Assembly: GCA_965222375.1 (NCBI GenBank) | Contig: CBDCTZ010000013.1 | Coordinates: forward strand, 320,001 to 384,000 | DNA from: Polyangiaceae bacterium | GTDB taxonomy: Bacteria; Myxococcota_A; Polyangia; Polyangiales; Polyangiaceae | Direction: 5' to 3' | Length of the DNA stretch: 64,000 nt | Shown: positions 8,144 through 19,720 of the stretch, one piece after another | How positions within the stretch are numbered: the stretch's first letter is position 1 | Layout of the letters: each line of letters begins with the position of its first letter | Notes under the pieces: model-generated | Told to the model about the DNA's origin: nothing | Database searches by the model: none | Seen by the model: the letters and a program-made list of their open reading frames with translations, nothing else | Made by a program: the position numbers and the translations under genes

Positions 8144-8707
8144 ATGAGCGAGCAGGGAGCGGCGGGGTTTGCGCGGGCGGCGCTAGTGCGCGCCCGTGTT
8201 CTCTGGGCGGCGCTCACCCTCGCGACGGTCGCATTCTTGAGCGCGGTATTGAGCATTGGGCAACAAGGCCAGCAGGAGCCCCAAGCCATGATGCTGCCAG
8301 CGCTTGCCCTCGTCTCGTTGAGCGTGGCGGTGATGAGCTTCGCGCTTCCCAAGCGGCTGCACCTTCAGGCGGTGGCCAACTTGAGTCTGGAAGTAGTCGA
8401 CCAAGCAGATCCCAACGCTTCCGATGTCATTCCCTACCGGGACGCGCCAACCCGCCGGGTGGTGAAGAGCCCATTGGAGGCCGCCCAAAAGGCGTTTGGC
8501 ACGTACCAAGTGTCCCTCATCCTGGGTTGCGCTCTGAGCGAGAGCGTCGCGTTGTTTGGGCTGGTTTTGGGTTTTGCGGTGTTCCCGCTCCAGACGGTGC
8601 TGCCGTTCTTCATCGCGAGTTGGGCGCTACTACTAGCGCGCTTCCCAACCATGCCCCGGGTGATCGCTCCCGTGGAGGCGCATCTGAAGGCGAAGATCCC
8701 GCTCTGA
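8144..8707 (+). CDS. Hypothetical membrane protein (about 4 TM)
   Basis: Four hydrophobic segments, ALSESVALFGLVL motif; ATG at 8144. Confidence 0.75.
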   Translation: MSEQGAAGFARAALVRARVLWAALTLATVAFLSAVLSIGQQGQQEPQAMMLPALALVSLSVAVMSFALPKRLHLQAVANLSLEVVDQADPNASDVIPYRDAPTRRVVKSPLEAAQKAFGTYQVSLILGCALSESVALFGLVLGFAVFPLQTVLPFFIASWALLLARFPTMPRVIAPVEAHLKAKIPL

Positions 8708-8713
8708 ATTCGC

Positions 8714-9741
8714 TCAACCGGGCAGACAGGTATTCGCGGGGCCACCCAGGGGTTCGACGCTGGGTCCGCACCAGCCGTCCCAACCTTGATTCTTCAGGAA
8801 GGTGACGACCCCCGAATCGATGAAGCTTCCGAACTGCTGACACTGGTAGCCGGGGTGGGTGCACTGGAATCCGAAACACGTGCACAGCTGCATGCAGCGA
8901 CCTTGGCTGCCCGCTTGATTGTTCGCCGGGTCCTCCGGCCACAGGCAAGCAGCGCCCGAAGAGGTGGGAACGACCGGGCCACAGCCACCGAGGTTTGCGA
9001 GGTGACACGGCGCTGCGCAGCTCTGCTCGGTGCCGCCCTCGGACCCCGGGAAGGTCTCACAGGTGGAGTTGGTACAGGCGGTGCTGCTGCAATCATCACC
9101 GAAGGTCGGAGTTCCCAGTTGAGCTGGCTCACACAATCGGGACTGGAAGGAACAACCGTAGGTTCCACCCTCGGGTGCGGCTCCACAGCTAGCGTCTTTG
9201 CTGCAAGCCGGCAGACACATCGGCTTGCTCGTCTTGGTAAATACATCCTGCGCCCCGCCGCAGGCGAGATCGCCACGCATGCCGCACTTCTGCGGATCGG
9301 GTTGGCTGCAGCCCCGCATACAAAACGCCTGGTTGCCTCCGAAATCGTGGCAACCCGTCCCGGCCGGCATGTCTTTGCATAGGTCAGCGGTCGCCGAGCA
9401 GGGCAGCGTGCACACGCCGCCCTCGGGCGCTGCCCCGTTGGCAAGCTTGAAGGCGTTCGGCCCAGTTCCGAAGCACTTGAGAGGCGCACACTGGCTATCC
9501 GTTGTGCAGGACTTGCCGAGGGTGTGGGGCACACAAGCTCCCTGGAACACAGTTCTGGGCAGTTGCTAGCACCGGGGGTCACCGTCTTGTTGTTCAGGCA
9601 CTGCACCCTGTCCTTCATGTTCCCGCCGAAGTCCGACGCACAGTAGATGCCGTCGAGCAATGACGCGCAGGGATCCGGCGGGCCTGCTTCTGCATCGGCG
9701 CGCCCAGTGGGAAACACCTTGGGAGACCTGTTCGGCTTCAA
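8714..9741 (-). pseudogene. Cys-rich secreted-type protein, frameshifted near 9546 and lacking a recognisable N-terminus
   Basis: DAEAGPPDPCAS...ASNCPELC continues in another frame as FQGACVPH...; one added base restores a single frame; no signal peptide found upstream. Confidence 0.6.
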
Positions 9742-10247
9742 CGCTCAGGTCGGCCTGTCCTCGGGGTTCCCGACGGATCCCAGCGTCGCTGGTTTTCTGT
9801 TCGGCAACGACGCCTCGTCCCTTTCCGTGGACAGCGCGCTATGGGGGGCCAGCCGTCGCCCGGGTGCACGGACATAGCCGGACAATAGCACGACCCGATC
9901 GCGTGGCTCCGGCGCCGGCTCCCTGCAGGGGAACGCCCGTCGCGGCGGCTACCGAGTCACCCGATTCACCGCGATTTGACAATCGGGCCTGCGGTTGCCA
10001 TCTTCTCCTCTGCCCGGTGGGCAGAAGGAGGCGTACCAATGATTGTGCACGAAACATCGCAAGTCGCCTCTCTGTCGGCGGCGTAGTTCCTGTCACCCCA
10101 CTTGCGCGTTGAGCGCCCAGCGCATGGCGTTGGCGCATCCGCGTCGTGCGGCGCTAGCAGCGCCGCAAACCTGGTGGCCCCGCGGCCGCCAGCCCTGCAT
10201 TCGCCCCGGCGCACGGCGTCCCGAGGCCCCTTCTTTGGACTCGAACA

Positions 10248-11321
10248 ATGAAATCAGATCTTTCCCTCGACCAGCTGGGCTGGTCGAAGTTCTTCAGCGA
10301 TCAGATCAGCGAACCACTCAGCCAATTATCGCCCGCCCGGGTCACGTCCGCCCACGCGGAATCCTGGGAGGTCATGGGCGAACGCGGCCTGGTAACCGCC
10401 GTTCCAACTGGCCAGCTACGCTTCTCCGGCGAGCGCTGGCCGGCGGTCGGTGACTGGGTACTGGTACATCACAACCCCGGGGGCGAACTGGCGACCATCG
10501 CTCACGTCTTGGAGCGCCGAACGGTTCTGGCGCGCAAAGCCGCAGGCCGACGCATCGAAAAACAAGTCATCGCCGCCAACGTCGACGTGGTGCTCGTGGT
10601 GACGTCCTTCGGACCGGACTTCAGCCCGGCACGCATCGAGCGCTATCTTTCCGCGATTGGCGCGGGCGGCGCTTCGCCAGTGCTCGTACTGTCCAAGCTC
10701 GACCTGAGCGAGCATCCACAGAGCACGATCGGACAGGCCCACGCTCTCGCGGGGGGCGCGGAGGCGCTGGTCACTTCCGTCGAAACGGGACACGGTGTGG
10801 ACGAGGTCGCATCCTACGACCGTCCAGGGCAAACCTTGGTATTCGTGGGGTCATCTGGCGTCGGCAAGTCGAGCTTGCTCAACGCTCTGCTGCACAAGGA
10901 GGCACAGCCGGTCCAGCCGATCCGAACTCGGGACGGCACCGGACGCCACACCACGACGGTGCGACAGATGTTTGCACTACCTGGTGGTGGGCTCGTGATC
11001 GACACGCCGGGCCTGCGCGAGTTTGCTCTGTGGTCCTCGGACGAAGATCCCGTCCCTAGCGCATTCTCGGACATCAACGAACTCGCGCTGGCGTGCCGCT
11101 TCATGGACTGTTCCCATGACGGAGAGCCTGGCTGTGCAGTCATAGCCGCCATCGACCGCGGAGAGCTGGACGCGCGGAGGCTGCGAAGTTGGAGCAAGCT
11201 GGCACGCGAGCTCGCCTACCATGCCGCCCGGCAGGACAGCCAAGGGCAGCTGAACCGGAAGAGACGCTGGAAATCAATTTCCAAGGAGAACCGACGCCGG
11301 ATGAAGCTCCTAGGTCGCTAG
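10248..11321 (+). CDS. rsgA: Ribosome small subunit-dependent GTPase A
   Basis: PAVGDWV, IAANVD, LSKLD, GSSGVGKSSL, GRHTTT, IDTPGLRE and CRFMDCSHDGEPGC motifs. Confidence 0.96.
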   Translation: MKSDLSLDQLGWSKFFSDQISEPLSQLSPARVTSAHAESWEVMGERGLVTAVPTGQLRFSGERWPAVGDWVLVHHNPGGELATIAHVLERRTVLARKAAGRRIEKQVIAANVDVVLVVTSFGPDFSPARIERYLSAIGAGGASPVLVLSKLDLSEHPQSTIGQAHALAGGAEALVTSVETGHGVDEVASYDRPGQTLVFVGSSGVGKSSLLNALLHKEAQPVQPIRTRDGTGRHTTTVRQMFALPGGGLVIDTPGLREFALWSSDEDPVPSAFSDINELALACRFMDCSHDGEPGCAVIAAIDRGELDARRLRSWSKLARELAYHAARQDSQGQLNRKRRWKSISKENRRRMKLLGR

Positions 11322-11365
11322 CCCCCTACCCACGCTCGGCGGAGAAGCGCAGCGAACATGCGCCT

Positions 11366-14300
11366 TCACGTGGCGGCTTGCGGATTACGCAAGCGCCACA
11401 TGAGGGTGAAAAAGCTGGGCACCACGTAGATCACCAAGAACATCGAAACAGCCAGCCCTCCCAAGACCACCGCACCAATACCTCGGTACAACTCCGACCC
11501 AGCGCCGCTCAAAAGCACCATAGGCGTCAGCCCCGCGAGGACGTCAACGTACTCATGAAGATCGGTCGCACACGGCGCCGCACTGCATTGGAAACCGAGC
11601 TATCGAGGGATTCGCCCGCCCGCAGTCGCGACAAAGCGCCGTCCACGATCAGGATCGCGTTGTTGACGACGACACCCATGAGAATCAGGAAACCAAGCGC
11701 GGTCATCAGGTCGAGGGGCTGAGGGGCGAGCACCTTGTCCACGGCACGAAGCAGTACGACCCCTCCAGCCGTGGCGAGGGGGACGCTGATGAGCACGACC
11801 AAGGGAGCGAGGAAGTCCTCGAACAGGCTGGCCAAGAGCAAATAGGAAATCAGCAACGCGATCAGCAGAATCCACCCAAATTGCTTTTGTGCGGCAACGA
11901 GCTTGCCAGCCGAGCCCCCTAGTTCGACGTCCACGCCGGCGGGCAACTCACCGCTCTCGCGCATGCCCTGAACATGCCCCTCGACCTTCGCAATAGCTGT
12001 CTCGATAGGAACGTCGTCCGGTGGAGTCACTTGGAGCGTCACGGCACGCCGGCGCTCAATTCGCATCACCGCGGTGGGGCCAAGGGCCGTCTTGACGCTG
12101 GCAATCGCGCTCAAGGGCACAACTTGCCCGCCCGGGGCAACCACCGGGGCTGCGGCGAGCGTCGTTTCATCCGTGACCTCGGTAGATCCGTTCGCTCGCA
12201 GGATGACATCGACCTTGCGCTGCCCTTCCCTACCGTATTCGCCAATCAGCGCGCCATCGACGTAAGCATCTGCGACCAACGACACCTCTCGGGGCGTCAT
12301 CCCTAGAGCGGACGCCTTGGAGCGCTCCGGGTCGACTCGCAACTCTGGCGCCCCAAGATCCAGCACTGGTACAGGCCGCACCTGAGCGCCTGGAACGACC
12401 TTGCGCAGCTGGCCAAACATACGCCGGCCCGTCGTGATCAGCTCGGTCATATCACTGCCCGTGAGCTCGACCTTGACCGCCCGGCCCTCCCCCAGGCCCG
12501 AGGAAAACAGCGAGGCTTGAGTGACGAAACCGATGGATCCCGGGATCTTCGCGTGCAAGTTCCGCATGAACTTCTTCAGCTTGGGAACTTCCGCAGGATC
12601 CTTGGCAACGCCGCCGATGAAGAGACGGGAACCGTCGCCCACGAAGAAGCTACGGTGAACCACAGGGGCATCTCCGACTCTACGCCCGGTGTGCTTCATC
12701 ATCACGGCTTGATTCGCGTAGCCGGCTCGAATCAGCTCGTCGTTCGAAAGCCCCGGCGGCGGCAGCACGATGCCGAAGATCAAGTTTCGGTTGCCTGCGG
12801 GGAGGTACTCCATCTTTGGAAGCAAAGACGTGGCGATCAGTATCGATGTCAGCATCGTCCCCACCACCACACTGAGGGAGAGCCAACGACGACGGACCAG
12901 GGCGGCCACTTGACCGGTCACTGCGTCCCGCACTCGAGCACCCCACTGGGCGACGCGGGCGCCTATCCGCGTTGTTGCGCTCGCGCCGACGGAAAGCCAC
13001 CTCGCCGAGAGGCTCGGGATCACCAGAACCGAAACGAGCAAGGAGAGCACGACGCTGAAGGACATGGCGTAGGCGACGTCTCGCAATAGCTCTCCGACCT
13101 CCCCAGTCCACGTGAGGATCGGGATGAAAACCGCAGCGGTGGTCGCCGTCGAGGCCAGAACCGCGCCCCAAACTTCGCGCACCCCGCCCAGCGCTGCCTC
13201 CGCCGCCGTGGCCGCAGTGCGACGACGCGTTTCTATGGCCTCGAGTACGACGATGGAGTTGTCGATGACCATGCCAACTGCGAACGTCACGCCCGCGAGG
13301 CTGACGACGTTCACGCTACGGCCGAGCAGTGACATGCCCAGCGCAGTTCCCAAAACACAAACAGGAATCGCGAGCGCAACCAAAGCGGATGCCCGCGCGC
13401 TACCCAAAAACAGCAGAAGCACGAGCACCGCCAAAACCCCGCCCAGGGCGAGGTTTTGTCTCACCTGAGCGAGGGAACTACGAATGTAGCCGCTCTGGTC
13501 GTCCACTACTTCGAAGCGGAGGCCCTCTGGAGCGAACTGCGTGCGGTCCAACTCCTTCACGACCCGCTTGAGCTCCTCCGTGACCTCGAGGACGTTGCTG
13601 CCCGCTTCCCGCAGCGGCAGGATGGCAATGGATTCTCGGTCGTCGCCGATCGCAAGGTGGGTCGCTCGACGGAGCCCGAACCCCACCTTGGCAATGTCCG
13701 ACAGCACGACGGGGGTCCCGTCGGCGCCGCTGCCAACGACCAACCGCGCGAAATCGTCGACCCGGTCCGGAGCGGCCATCGTTCGCACGAGGATGCGTCG
13801 CTTGCCGATGTCCAGCTCTCCCGCCGAGACGTTGTTGAGTTCCCGCCGCACCCGCTCAGCCACCTCGGGCACCGTCAGCTTGCGTGCGGCCAGGGCGGCG
13901 GTATCGAAATTGATGTGAACTTCCGTTTCACGCCCACCGCGCATGAAGTAGTTCGCCACGCCGGACACGCGTTCGATCCGGGGCACGATGTCCTCGACGA
14001 CCCAGGACTGATAGGCTGCGACGCTCTTGCCCTCGGGGTGGCGAACTAGCAGCACAGCAAGCGGTGGTCCCGAAGAACGAGCCGTCGAGACAACAGGTTC
14101 ATCCGCACTGGGGGGATAGGCTGGGACCTGACCAAGTTGGTTCGAAACCCGGACCAGAGCCTGATCGAGGTCAGTGCCCACCTCGAACTCGAGGGTCACA
14201 TCGCCGCGATTCGGACTGGCGGTGGCTTCCATCCGGACCAGGCCCTGCACACGCTTCAGCACCCGCTCCTGACGCTCGATGATTTCGCTCTCCACCTCTA

Positions 14301-14496
14301 GCGGAGACGCACCGGGCCACGTCGTGCGCACATTGATTGTCGGCGAGGTGATGTCGGGAGCAAGTTGAACCGGAAGGCCGAATAGGCTGAGTATTCCGAA
14401 CAGCGAGACGAGAACGACCATTGACGTGACCGTCACCGGCCGTCGAACTGCCGCCGCCAGGACTCCGGGCGTCGCCGGCGAACCGCCGGCGCTCAA
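11366..14496 (-). CDS. RND efflux permease subunit (AcrB/AcrD/AcrF family), with a 1-bp frameshift at ~11539
   Basis: WPGASPLEVE, GMVIDNSIVVLE, GVVVNNAILIV, RVRPIFMST; the last two TM helices (LAGLTPMVL...GSELYRGIGAVVLGGL...) are in a shifted frame ending at TGA 11366-11368. Confidence 0.92.
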
Positions 14497-15671
14497 GGTT
14501 TCGCTACTCCTGCCGAAGCTGCCGGTGCGGCAGAGCCCGCGGGGACTACCGGCTGCCCGGGACGCAACCGCTCATTGCCGCGCACTACGACTGCGTCAGA
14601 CTGGGCAAGGCCCTTGCCCTTGATCATCGCTTTCTCACCGGTCGACGCGAGGACCTGTACTGGAACCGACTTCGCCTTACCGTCCGCTATCTTCATTACC
14701 CGCACATCCGCTACACCGTAGACGAGGGCATCCCGCGGTACGACAAGACCTCCACGGATGGGCACCCGAAAGGAAACGTGCGCCGTATCTCCAGCTCGGA
14801 GCCAAGGCGCCGTTTCGGTCGTGCGCAAACGAACCAGGGCAGTCCGAGTCGCGGGCTCCAGAGCGTTGACTTGCCCCACGACCTCAGCCGTCGCGCTCTT
14901 CCCGTTCTTGTCGACGCGCGCTTCGACTTTCTCCAATTCGCCCGCACGATCGAGCAGCCCCGGTGGGACGCGTACAAAAACCTCCACCCGATTGTCCGTC
15001 ACCAAGGCCAGCGCCGCCTTGCCCGGCTCGAGCCAATCCCCCGGGTGGACGTTCCGACGCGCAATGACGCCGTCAAAGGGAGCGACAATGCGATGGCGCG
15101 CGAGGCGCTCGCGCATCACGGACAGGTTGGCTTCGCTGCCCTGCCGAACCGCGTCGACCACCTCGGCCTTGGACTTTTTGGACTCGACTTCCGTCTCGGA
15201 GACAACCGTTTCTTTGCCGAGTTTCTTGAAGCGCTCCGCCTCGCGTTTGGCTTGCTCGAGTTCGGCGGTGGCCTGGACCTTCGCGGCCTTGGCGCGACGA
15301 GATTCCGCCCGAACCAACCCGGCGTCCAGGATCAGAAGCACATCGCCGCGCTTGACCCGGTCTCCTTCCCGAACGAGGACACGCCTCACTCTGCCGGCTT
15401 CGCCACCGGTCAACTCGGCATCCGTCACTGCGCGCAGCTCCGCATAGTAGCGCTCCTCCACCAGGAGCGGACCAGCGGCGACGGGCGCGGTCACGACCGG
15501 CGCTGGGCGCTCTGCCGTCGGCGGAGTCTTGCTGCCAGTTCGCGGGCGCAGCCAGACAAAGGCGGCGGCAGCCAGCGCAGCCACGACCAGCAGCACCACG
15601 GCGAGAGACCGCGGCGCGGGCGTAGCTGCCCTCGGCTGGGGCTGAGGTTCCGAATCGCTTGCCAAGCCCAT
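14493..15671 (-). CDS. RND efflux periplasmic adaptor (membrane fusion protein)
   Basis: N-terminal TM, VREGDRVKRGDVL and IVAPFDGVI lipoyl motifs, VVPRDALV; overlaps the permease start; start 15671 or 15707. Confidence 0.93.
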   Translation of the reverse strand: MGLASDSEPQPQPRAATPAPRSLAVVLLVVAALAAAAFVWLRPRTGSKTPPTAERPAPVVTAPVAAGPLLVEERYYAELRAVTDAELTGGEAGRVRRVLVREGDRVKRGDVLLILDAGLVRAESRRAKAAKVQATAELEQAKREAERFKKLGKETVVSETEVESKKSKAEVVDAVRQGSEANLSVMRERLARHRIVAPFDGVIARRNVHPGDWLEPGKAALALVTDNRVEVFVRVPPGLLDRAGELEKVEARVDKNGKSATAEVVGQVNALEPATRTALVRLRTTETAPWLRAGDTAHVSFRVPIRGGLVVPRDALVYGVADVRVMKIADGKAKSVPVQVLASTGEKAMIKGKGLAQSDAVVVRGNERLRPGQPVVPAGSAAPAASAGVAKP

Positions 15672-15737
15672 ACATTTCGGGCCAAGCAAAGCGGCGTCAA
15701 GTCTCAATGATTGGGGTCCGCGCCCGAGCGCATGGAA

Positions 15738-16517
15738 TCACAGCTCCCGGACACTGACGTTGTCGAAATCCACGCGGCCGGGGTAGTGCGCCGACAGCCA
15801 GACCAGGATCCGCCGTGCCTTGTCAGGTGCCACAAGGTCGAAGGACAGCTGCTTCCAATCGAAATCGTTGTCGGCGGCCGAAACGGTTTTTGGGTTCTTC
15901 TCGCCACCAAAGAAGCCATCGCTGCCATCGAGCCACTGGACGCCGAGGACGAACCAAGCGGCTGGATTGACCGCATTGCCGGTGGAGCGGACTGACGCGC
16001 TGACGCGATAGGACTTGCCCCCAGTGATGGAATTGTAATCGCTGACTCGCTGGATCGCGTAGCAGTCCCACTGGCCCCGAGAATCCACGGCCAGGGCGCT
16101 GCCGCCACAGCCAGGCGCGGGAGAGGTCAGGAAGACGTGCTCGTTGGGAGATCCCGAACCAGCGCAGTTGCCCGGCGCGCCAGGATCACGCAGCTCCCAA
16201 CCCTTTGGCACGTTGCCGTCCATGCCCGCCTCGAAGTCTCCGTGGGCAAAGAAGTTTCCGAGGGCTGGGGCGCAAAGATCCGGAGGCTGCGGGGAATCCG
16301 CAGCCGAGTCGACGGGCGCTCCTCCGGAACCACCGCTGCTGCCACCGGTACCCCCAATGCCAGGATCGACGAGAGTATTGGCGTCGACCAAGCCCGTGCC
16401 CCCGCTGCCGCCGCCCGCTGGCGCGTTGTCCGCGACGTTATCGCTTTCGGAACAGCTCACGGCGCACGAGGCGGCTCCGAAGAGCGTCGCGGCCAAAATC
16501 AGATAGGTGCGTCTCAT
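15738..16517 (-). CDS. Lipoprotein with C-terminal galactose-binding-like (CBM4/9-type) domain
   Basis: Signal peptide with Cys, Gly linker, NFFAHGDFEAG...GW...GRVDFDNVSVRE pattern. Confidence 0.75.
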   Translation of the reverse strand: MRRTYLILAATLFGAASCAVSCSESDNVADNAPAGGGSGGTGLVDANTLVDPGIGGTGGSSGGSGGAPVDSAADSPQPPDLCAPALGNFFAHGDFEAGMDGNVPKGWELRDPGAPGNCAGSGSPNEHVFLTSPAPGCGGSALAVDSRGQWDCYAIQRVSDYNSITGGKSYRVSASVRSTGNAVNPAAWFVLGVQWLDGSDGFFGGEKNPKTVSAADNDFDWKQLSFDLVAPDKARRILVWLSAHYPGRVDFDNVSVREL

Positions 16518-16541
16518 GGCAAGTCCCGACTCGACAATAGC

Positions 16542-17492
16542 CTATGCGTCAGCCAGCCAGGGCTGCGATCGGTAGCGATCCCAGAGATCACACAACACCG
16601 TCACGATGGGGCGCTGAATTCGTCCAGACGCTGCGAGGCGCAGGGCTGCAGCAACGTTGGTGCCCGATGAACCGCCAACGAGCATGCCTTCCTCTGCGAT
16701 GAGCCTGCGCGCGACAGAGAAGCTTTCTTCGTCACTGACGCAGATAGCGTCATCAATGACGCGGCGGTGCAGATTCCGGGGCACGTCGCTGCCGCCGATA
16801 CCCTCGACGGCATAGGAGCCATCCTCCCCCAGGGCGCCGGCCTTTATCCATCCGAACAGGCGCGATCCGATTGGATCTGCCAGCACCACCTTCACACTCG
16901 CGTCGTGGCGCTTCAAACATGCGCCCACGCCGCTAATCGTGCCTCCGGTCCCAGCGCCCGCGACAAACGCCCCAACCTCTCCTTGCAGCTGTTGCCAGAT
17001 CTCTTCGCCAGTGCCTCGCTCGTGCGCCGCCACGTTCGCTGGGTTCTCGAACTGCTCCGTCAAGAACCAACCACGCTCAACGGCGAGTGCTCTCGCGGCG
17101 TTGCGAAAGTTCTGCGGAGAATCCGGCGGCGCATTGTCGACGATGATCACTTCGGCCCCGAGGGATGCGAGCGCCGCGCGCTTGTCGACGGACATCTTCT
17201 CCGGCATGACACATACCAGTCGATAGCCGCGCACGGCCGCAACTAGTGCGAGCCCCATGCCGGTATTGCCAGCAGTAGCCTCGACGAGGGTGGCACCGGA
17301 TTGAAGCACGCCTCGCTTCTCCGCGTCGTCGATGATGGAAAGCGCAATACGGTCTTTGACGCTGCCACCCGGGTTGAGATGTTCACATTTGGCGTAGATG
17401 GGCACGGGAAGCCCGCGGTCGAGGCGTGCCAACCGCACCAGTGGAGTGTCGCCGATCGTCTCGAGCACGCTCTGCTTCGGGCGCTCAGACAT
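16542..17492 (-). CDS. Cysteine synthase / cystathionine beta-synthase family PLP enzyme
   Basis: IGDTPLVRL, NPGGSVKDR, EATAGNTG, GAGTGGT, EEGMLVGGSSG. Confidence 0.95.
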   Translation of the reverse strand: MSERPKQSVLETIGDTPLVRLARLDRGLPVPIYAKCEHLNPGGSVKDRIALSIIDDAEKRGVLQSGATLVEATAGNTGMGLALVAAVRGYRLVCVMPEKMSVDKRAALASLGAEVIIVDNAPPDSPQNFRNAARALAVERGWFLTEQFENPANVAAHERGTGEEIWQQLQGEVGAFVAGAGTGGTISGVGACLKRHDASVKVVLADPIGSRLFGWIKAGALGEDGSYAVEGIGGSDVPRNLHRRVIDDAICVSDEESFSVARRLIAEEGMLVGGSSGTNVAAALRLAASGRIQRPIVTVLCDLWDRYRSQPWLADA

Positions 17493-19116
17493 CCGCGCCT
17501 TGCATGAACTGAATCAGCGAACTCACGGATAGCGGACTGCCAGTCGTGGCAATGAGCTTCTCGCGCAAAGTCCAGCGCATGCCATCCCGGACGAACTTGC
17601 TCCTCAGGTGGTCACCGGCCTTCACCGACAGCACGTTCCCAAGATTTCGACGCAACGCCGCTCGCACCTGCAGCGCAACCACCGAAGCGAGTATGTAGCT
17701 CTGGCTGTACGCAGGGTAGTTCGCCAGGAAGGGCGACGTTGCCCACGTCGGCTCCGCGTCCGACGGCAGGCCGCCCCACAGCCTCCTTTCGACCGCCAAA
17801 GACATCACGTCCAGGTCGCCCTCGGGGTGTTCGTGCAAGCTGCGTTCGATTTCCATCCAGGCAAGCCCGCGGCGAATTCCCAAGGCCAGGCGGGCGCGAC
17901 GCGCCTCCACGGTACGCGCGGCTTCACTCTCCGAGTAGCCGGCAAACTCCATCAAAACGAACGGCAGGTCCAAAAGTCGACCCAAGGTTTCCCCTACCCC
18001 CTCGGCATAGGCCGGCTCGAGCAAACCCGGCACCCACTCGTAGCCCGCATAAAGTGGATGCAGCGGGCGGCTATCCGAGACGTGAAATACGTGACCGAGC
18101 TCGTGGAGGTTCGTACCAAGGGCACGGAGGCCCGGTGCGGCGCGGACGACGAGGCGGACGTCGTCGGGCACGCTTACGGCAATGGTCTGGCCGCCAAAAC
18201 CGAAGTCCCGCTCCGTCACATTCATGCCCTGCTCGAAGTGCACTCCAAGGCGCTCGAGGATCTGGCGAGCGATGATGTGATTGCGCGCTTCCGGGAGGCG
18301 TTCGTGGGGAGGAAGCTCGAACAACGTCTGCTGCACGAAGTTCAAATCCCAGGGGCGCAGAGGGCTCTGAAGCTCGCGCCGGGCTCGTTTTCTCAGGGCA
18401 TCAAACGGGACCCGAGTTCCAAGATCCAACTCTCGCAGCGCGACCTCGGCGGTCTGATCGACCCCACGCAGGCGTCGCAGCGCGGCGTAGAACGATTCTT
18501 CGCCAATCAGCGCGGCAACCTTCTTTCGTCGCAAGAGCAGCTTCTTCGCGATTGGTGCGGCTCGAAGGTGAAGCTGATGCTCCACCCGCCGCACGTTGCG
18601 CCGCTCTTCCGCGCGCTGTGAACGTCGCCAGGCCGTAAGCTGTTTTCGGGACACCCGTTGCCCCTGCCAGGGGATCTCACCCACGCTGACGACAGCCTCG
18701 AGCTCGTCAGCCAGCGCGGCGGCCTCTGGGTCCCCGAGCAATTCGAGCCCGCGGTGGCCAGCCAGCCACAAGGACCGCTGCCGGGGGGAAACGGCCTGAG
18801 GCATCCCGTCCTGCAGCATGACGCTGGCCCTACGAAACACGTCTCGCTCGGCCTGGCGGAGGCGTTTGATCGTAGCTTGAGATTGCGGCCCCTCCGTTAG
18901 CTTGCCCGCATAGCGGGACCACTCGAAAAGCCCATGCTCAGCCATGAGCGCCTCGTAGCGACGGGCCAACTCGTCCAACTGCTCTCGCCTCCGGTCGGGC
19001 GGCCGAGTGGCAGCGACCCCCCGCTGAGCGGCGCAGCCCGCACCCAATAGGGAGGCTGCGCCTAGGGCCAAGACACTTCGACGGGAGACGCTGATCTTCT
19101 CAGCGGGCTTTTTCAT
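17485..19116 (-). CDS. Gluzincin metallopeptidase (M3/M2-like), putative Tat-exported lipoprotein
   Basis: SRRSVL twin-arginine motif plus LGAGC lipobox; HELGH with downstream YAEG; YPAYSQSY. Confidence 0.78.
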   Translation of the reverse strand: MKKPAEKISVSRRSVLALGAASLLGAGCAAQRGVAATRPPDRRREQLDELARRYEALMAEHGLFEWSRYAGKLTEGPQSQATIKRLRQAERDVFRRASVMLQDGMPQAVSPRQRSLWLAGHRGLELLGDPEAAALADELEAVVSVGEIPWQGQRVSRKQLTAWRRSQRAEERRNVRRVEHQLHLRAAPIAKKLLLRRKKVAALIGEESFYAALRRLRGVDQTAEVALRELDLGTRVPFDALRKRARRELQSPLRPWDLNFVQQTLFELPPHERLPEARNHIIARQILERLGVHFEQGMNVTERDFGFGGQTIAVSVPDDVRLVVRAAPGLRALGTNLHELGHVFHVSDSRPLHPLYAGYEWVPGLLEPAYAEGVGETLGRLLDLPFVLMEFAGYSESEAARTVEARRARLALGIRRGLAWMEIERSLHEHPEGDLDVMSLAVERRLWGGLPSDAEPTWATSPFLANYPAYSQSYILASVVALQVRAALRRNLGNVLSVKAGDHLRSKFVRDGMRWTLREKLIATTGSPLSVSSLIQFMQGADV

Positions 19117-19720
19117 ACAGCGCGTAAGTCGCCTCCAAGCTTGCCTGCGCCAAGATGTGACCCTTCATCTTCTCGCGGGCGTCAACACCGGTGAACTTCT
19201 CGGGCAAGCCCAAGCTCTCGACGTCGAGAGCAAATACCGTGAACTCGTAGTGGTGCAGACGCTCGTCGTTGAAAGGCGGCCAAGGGCCGTCGTACCCACC
19301 GTAGTCACCACCCATGTCCGGGTCATCGCCAAACCAGTCTTTGTAGCTGTTGATGCCGCGAACTCCGTAGTCCGTCTTACCCGGCGTCTTGCCCTTGGGC
19401 GTCACGCCGTCGGAATCCTGGCCCTCAGCAAGCTCGGTGACGTTCGTCGGAATGTCCACGAGCACCCAATGAAAGAAGTCCACCCGCGGCAGGTCGTAGG
19501 GGACCGTGCGGTCAGCTTTGTTCACGTCATCCGGGCGACTCGGAACATCTCGGTCGTGACAGATGATAGCGTAGCTCTTGACCCCGCTTGGCGCACCGAA
19601 CCACGCAATGTGTGGACTCTTGTTGGGACCAGGCACAGGACCTTCTTCACCGGGAATGCCCATCGCGTTCGCTGCCGCAACACGCTCGCCCGCTCGTATC
19701 GATCGACTTTCAACTTTCAT
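19100..19720 (-). CDS. YbhB/YbcL family (PEBP/RKIP-like) protein
   Basis: NKSPHIAW, CHDRDVP, FFHWVLVDIP, YDGPWPP, HHYEFTVFALD. Confidence 0.93.
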   Translation of the reverse strand: MKVESRSIRAGERVAAANAMGIPGEEGPVPGPNKSPHIAWFGAPSGVKSYAIICHDRDVPSRPDDVNKADRTVPYDLPRVDFFHWVLVDIPTNVTELAEGQDSDGVTPKGKTPGKTDYGVRGINSYKDWFGDDPDMGGDYGGYDGPWPPFNDERLHHYEFTVFALDVESLGLPEKFTGVDAREKMKGHILAQASLEATYALYEKAR

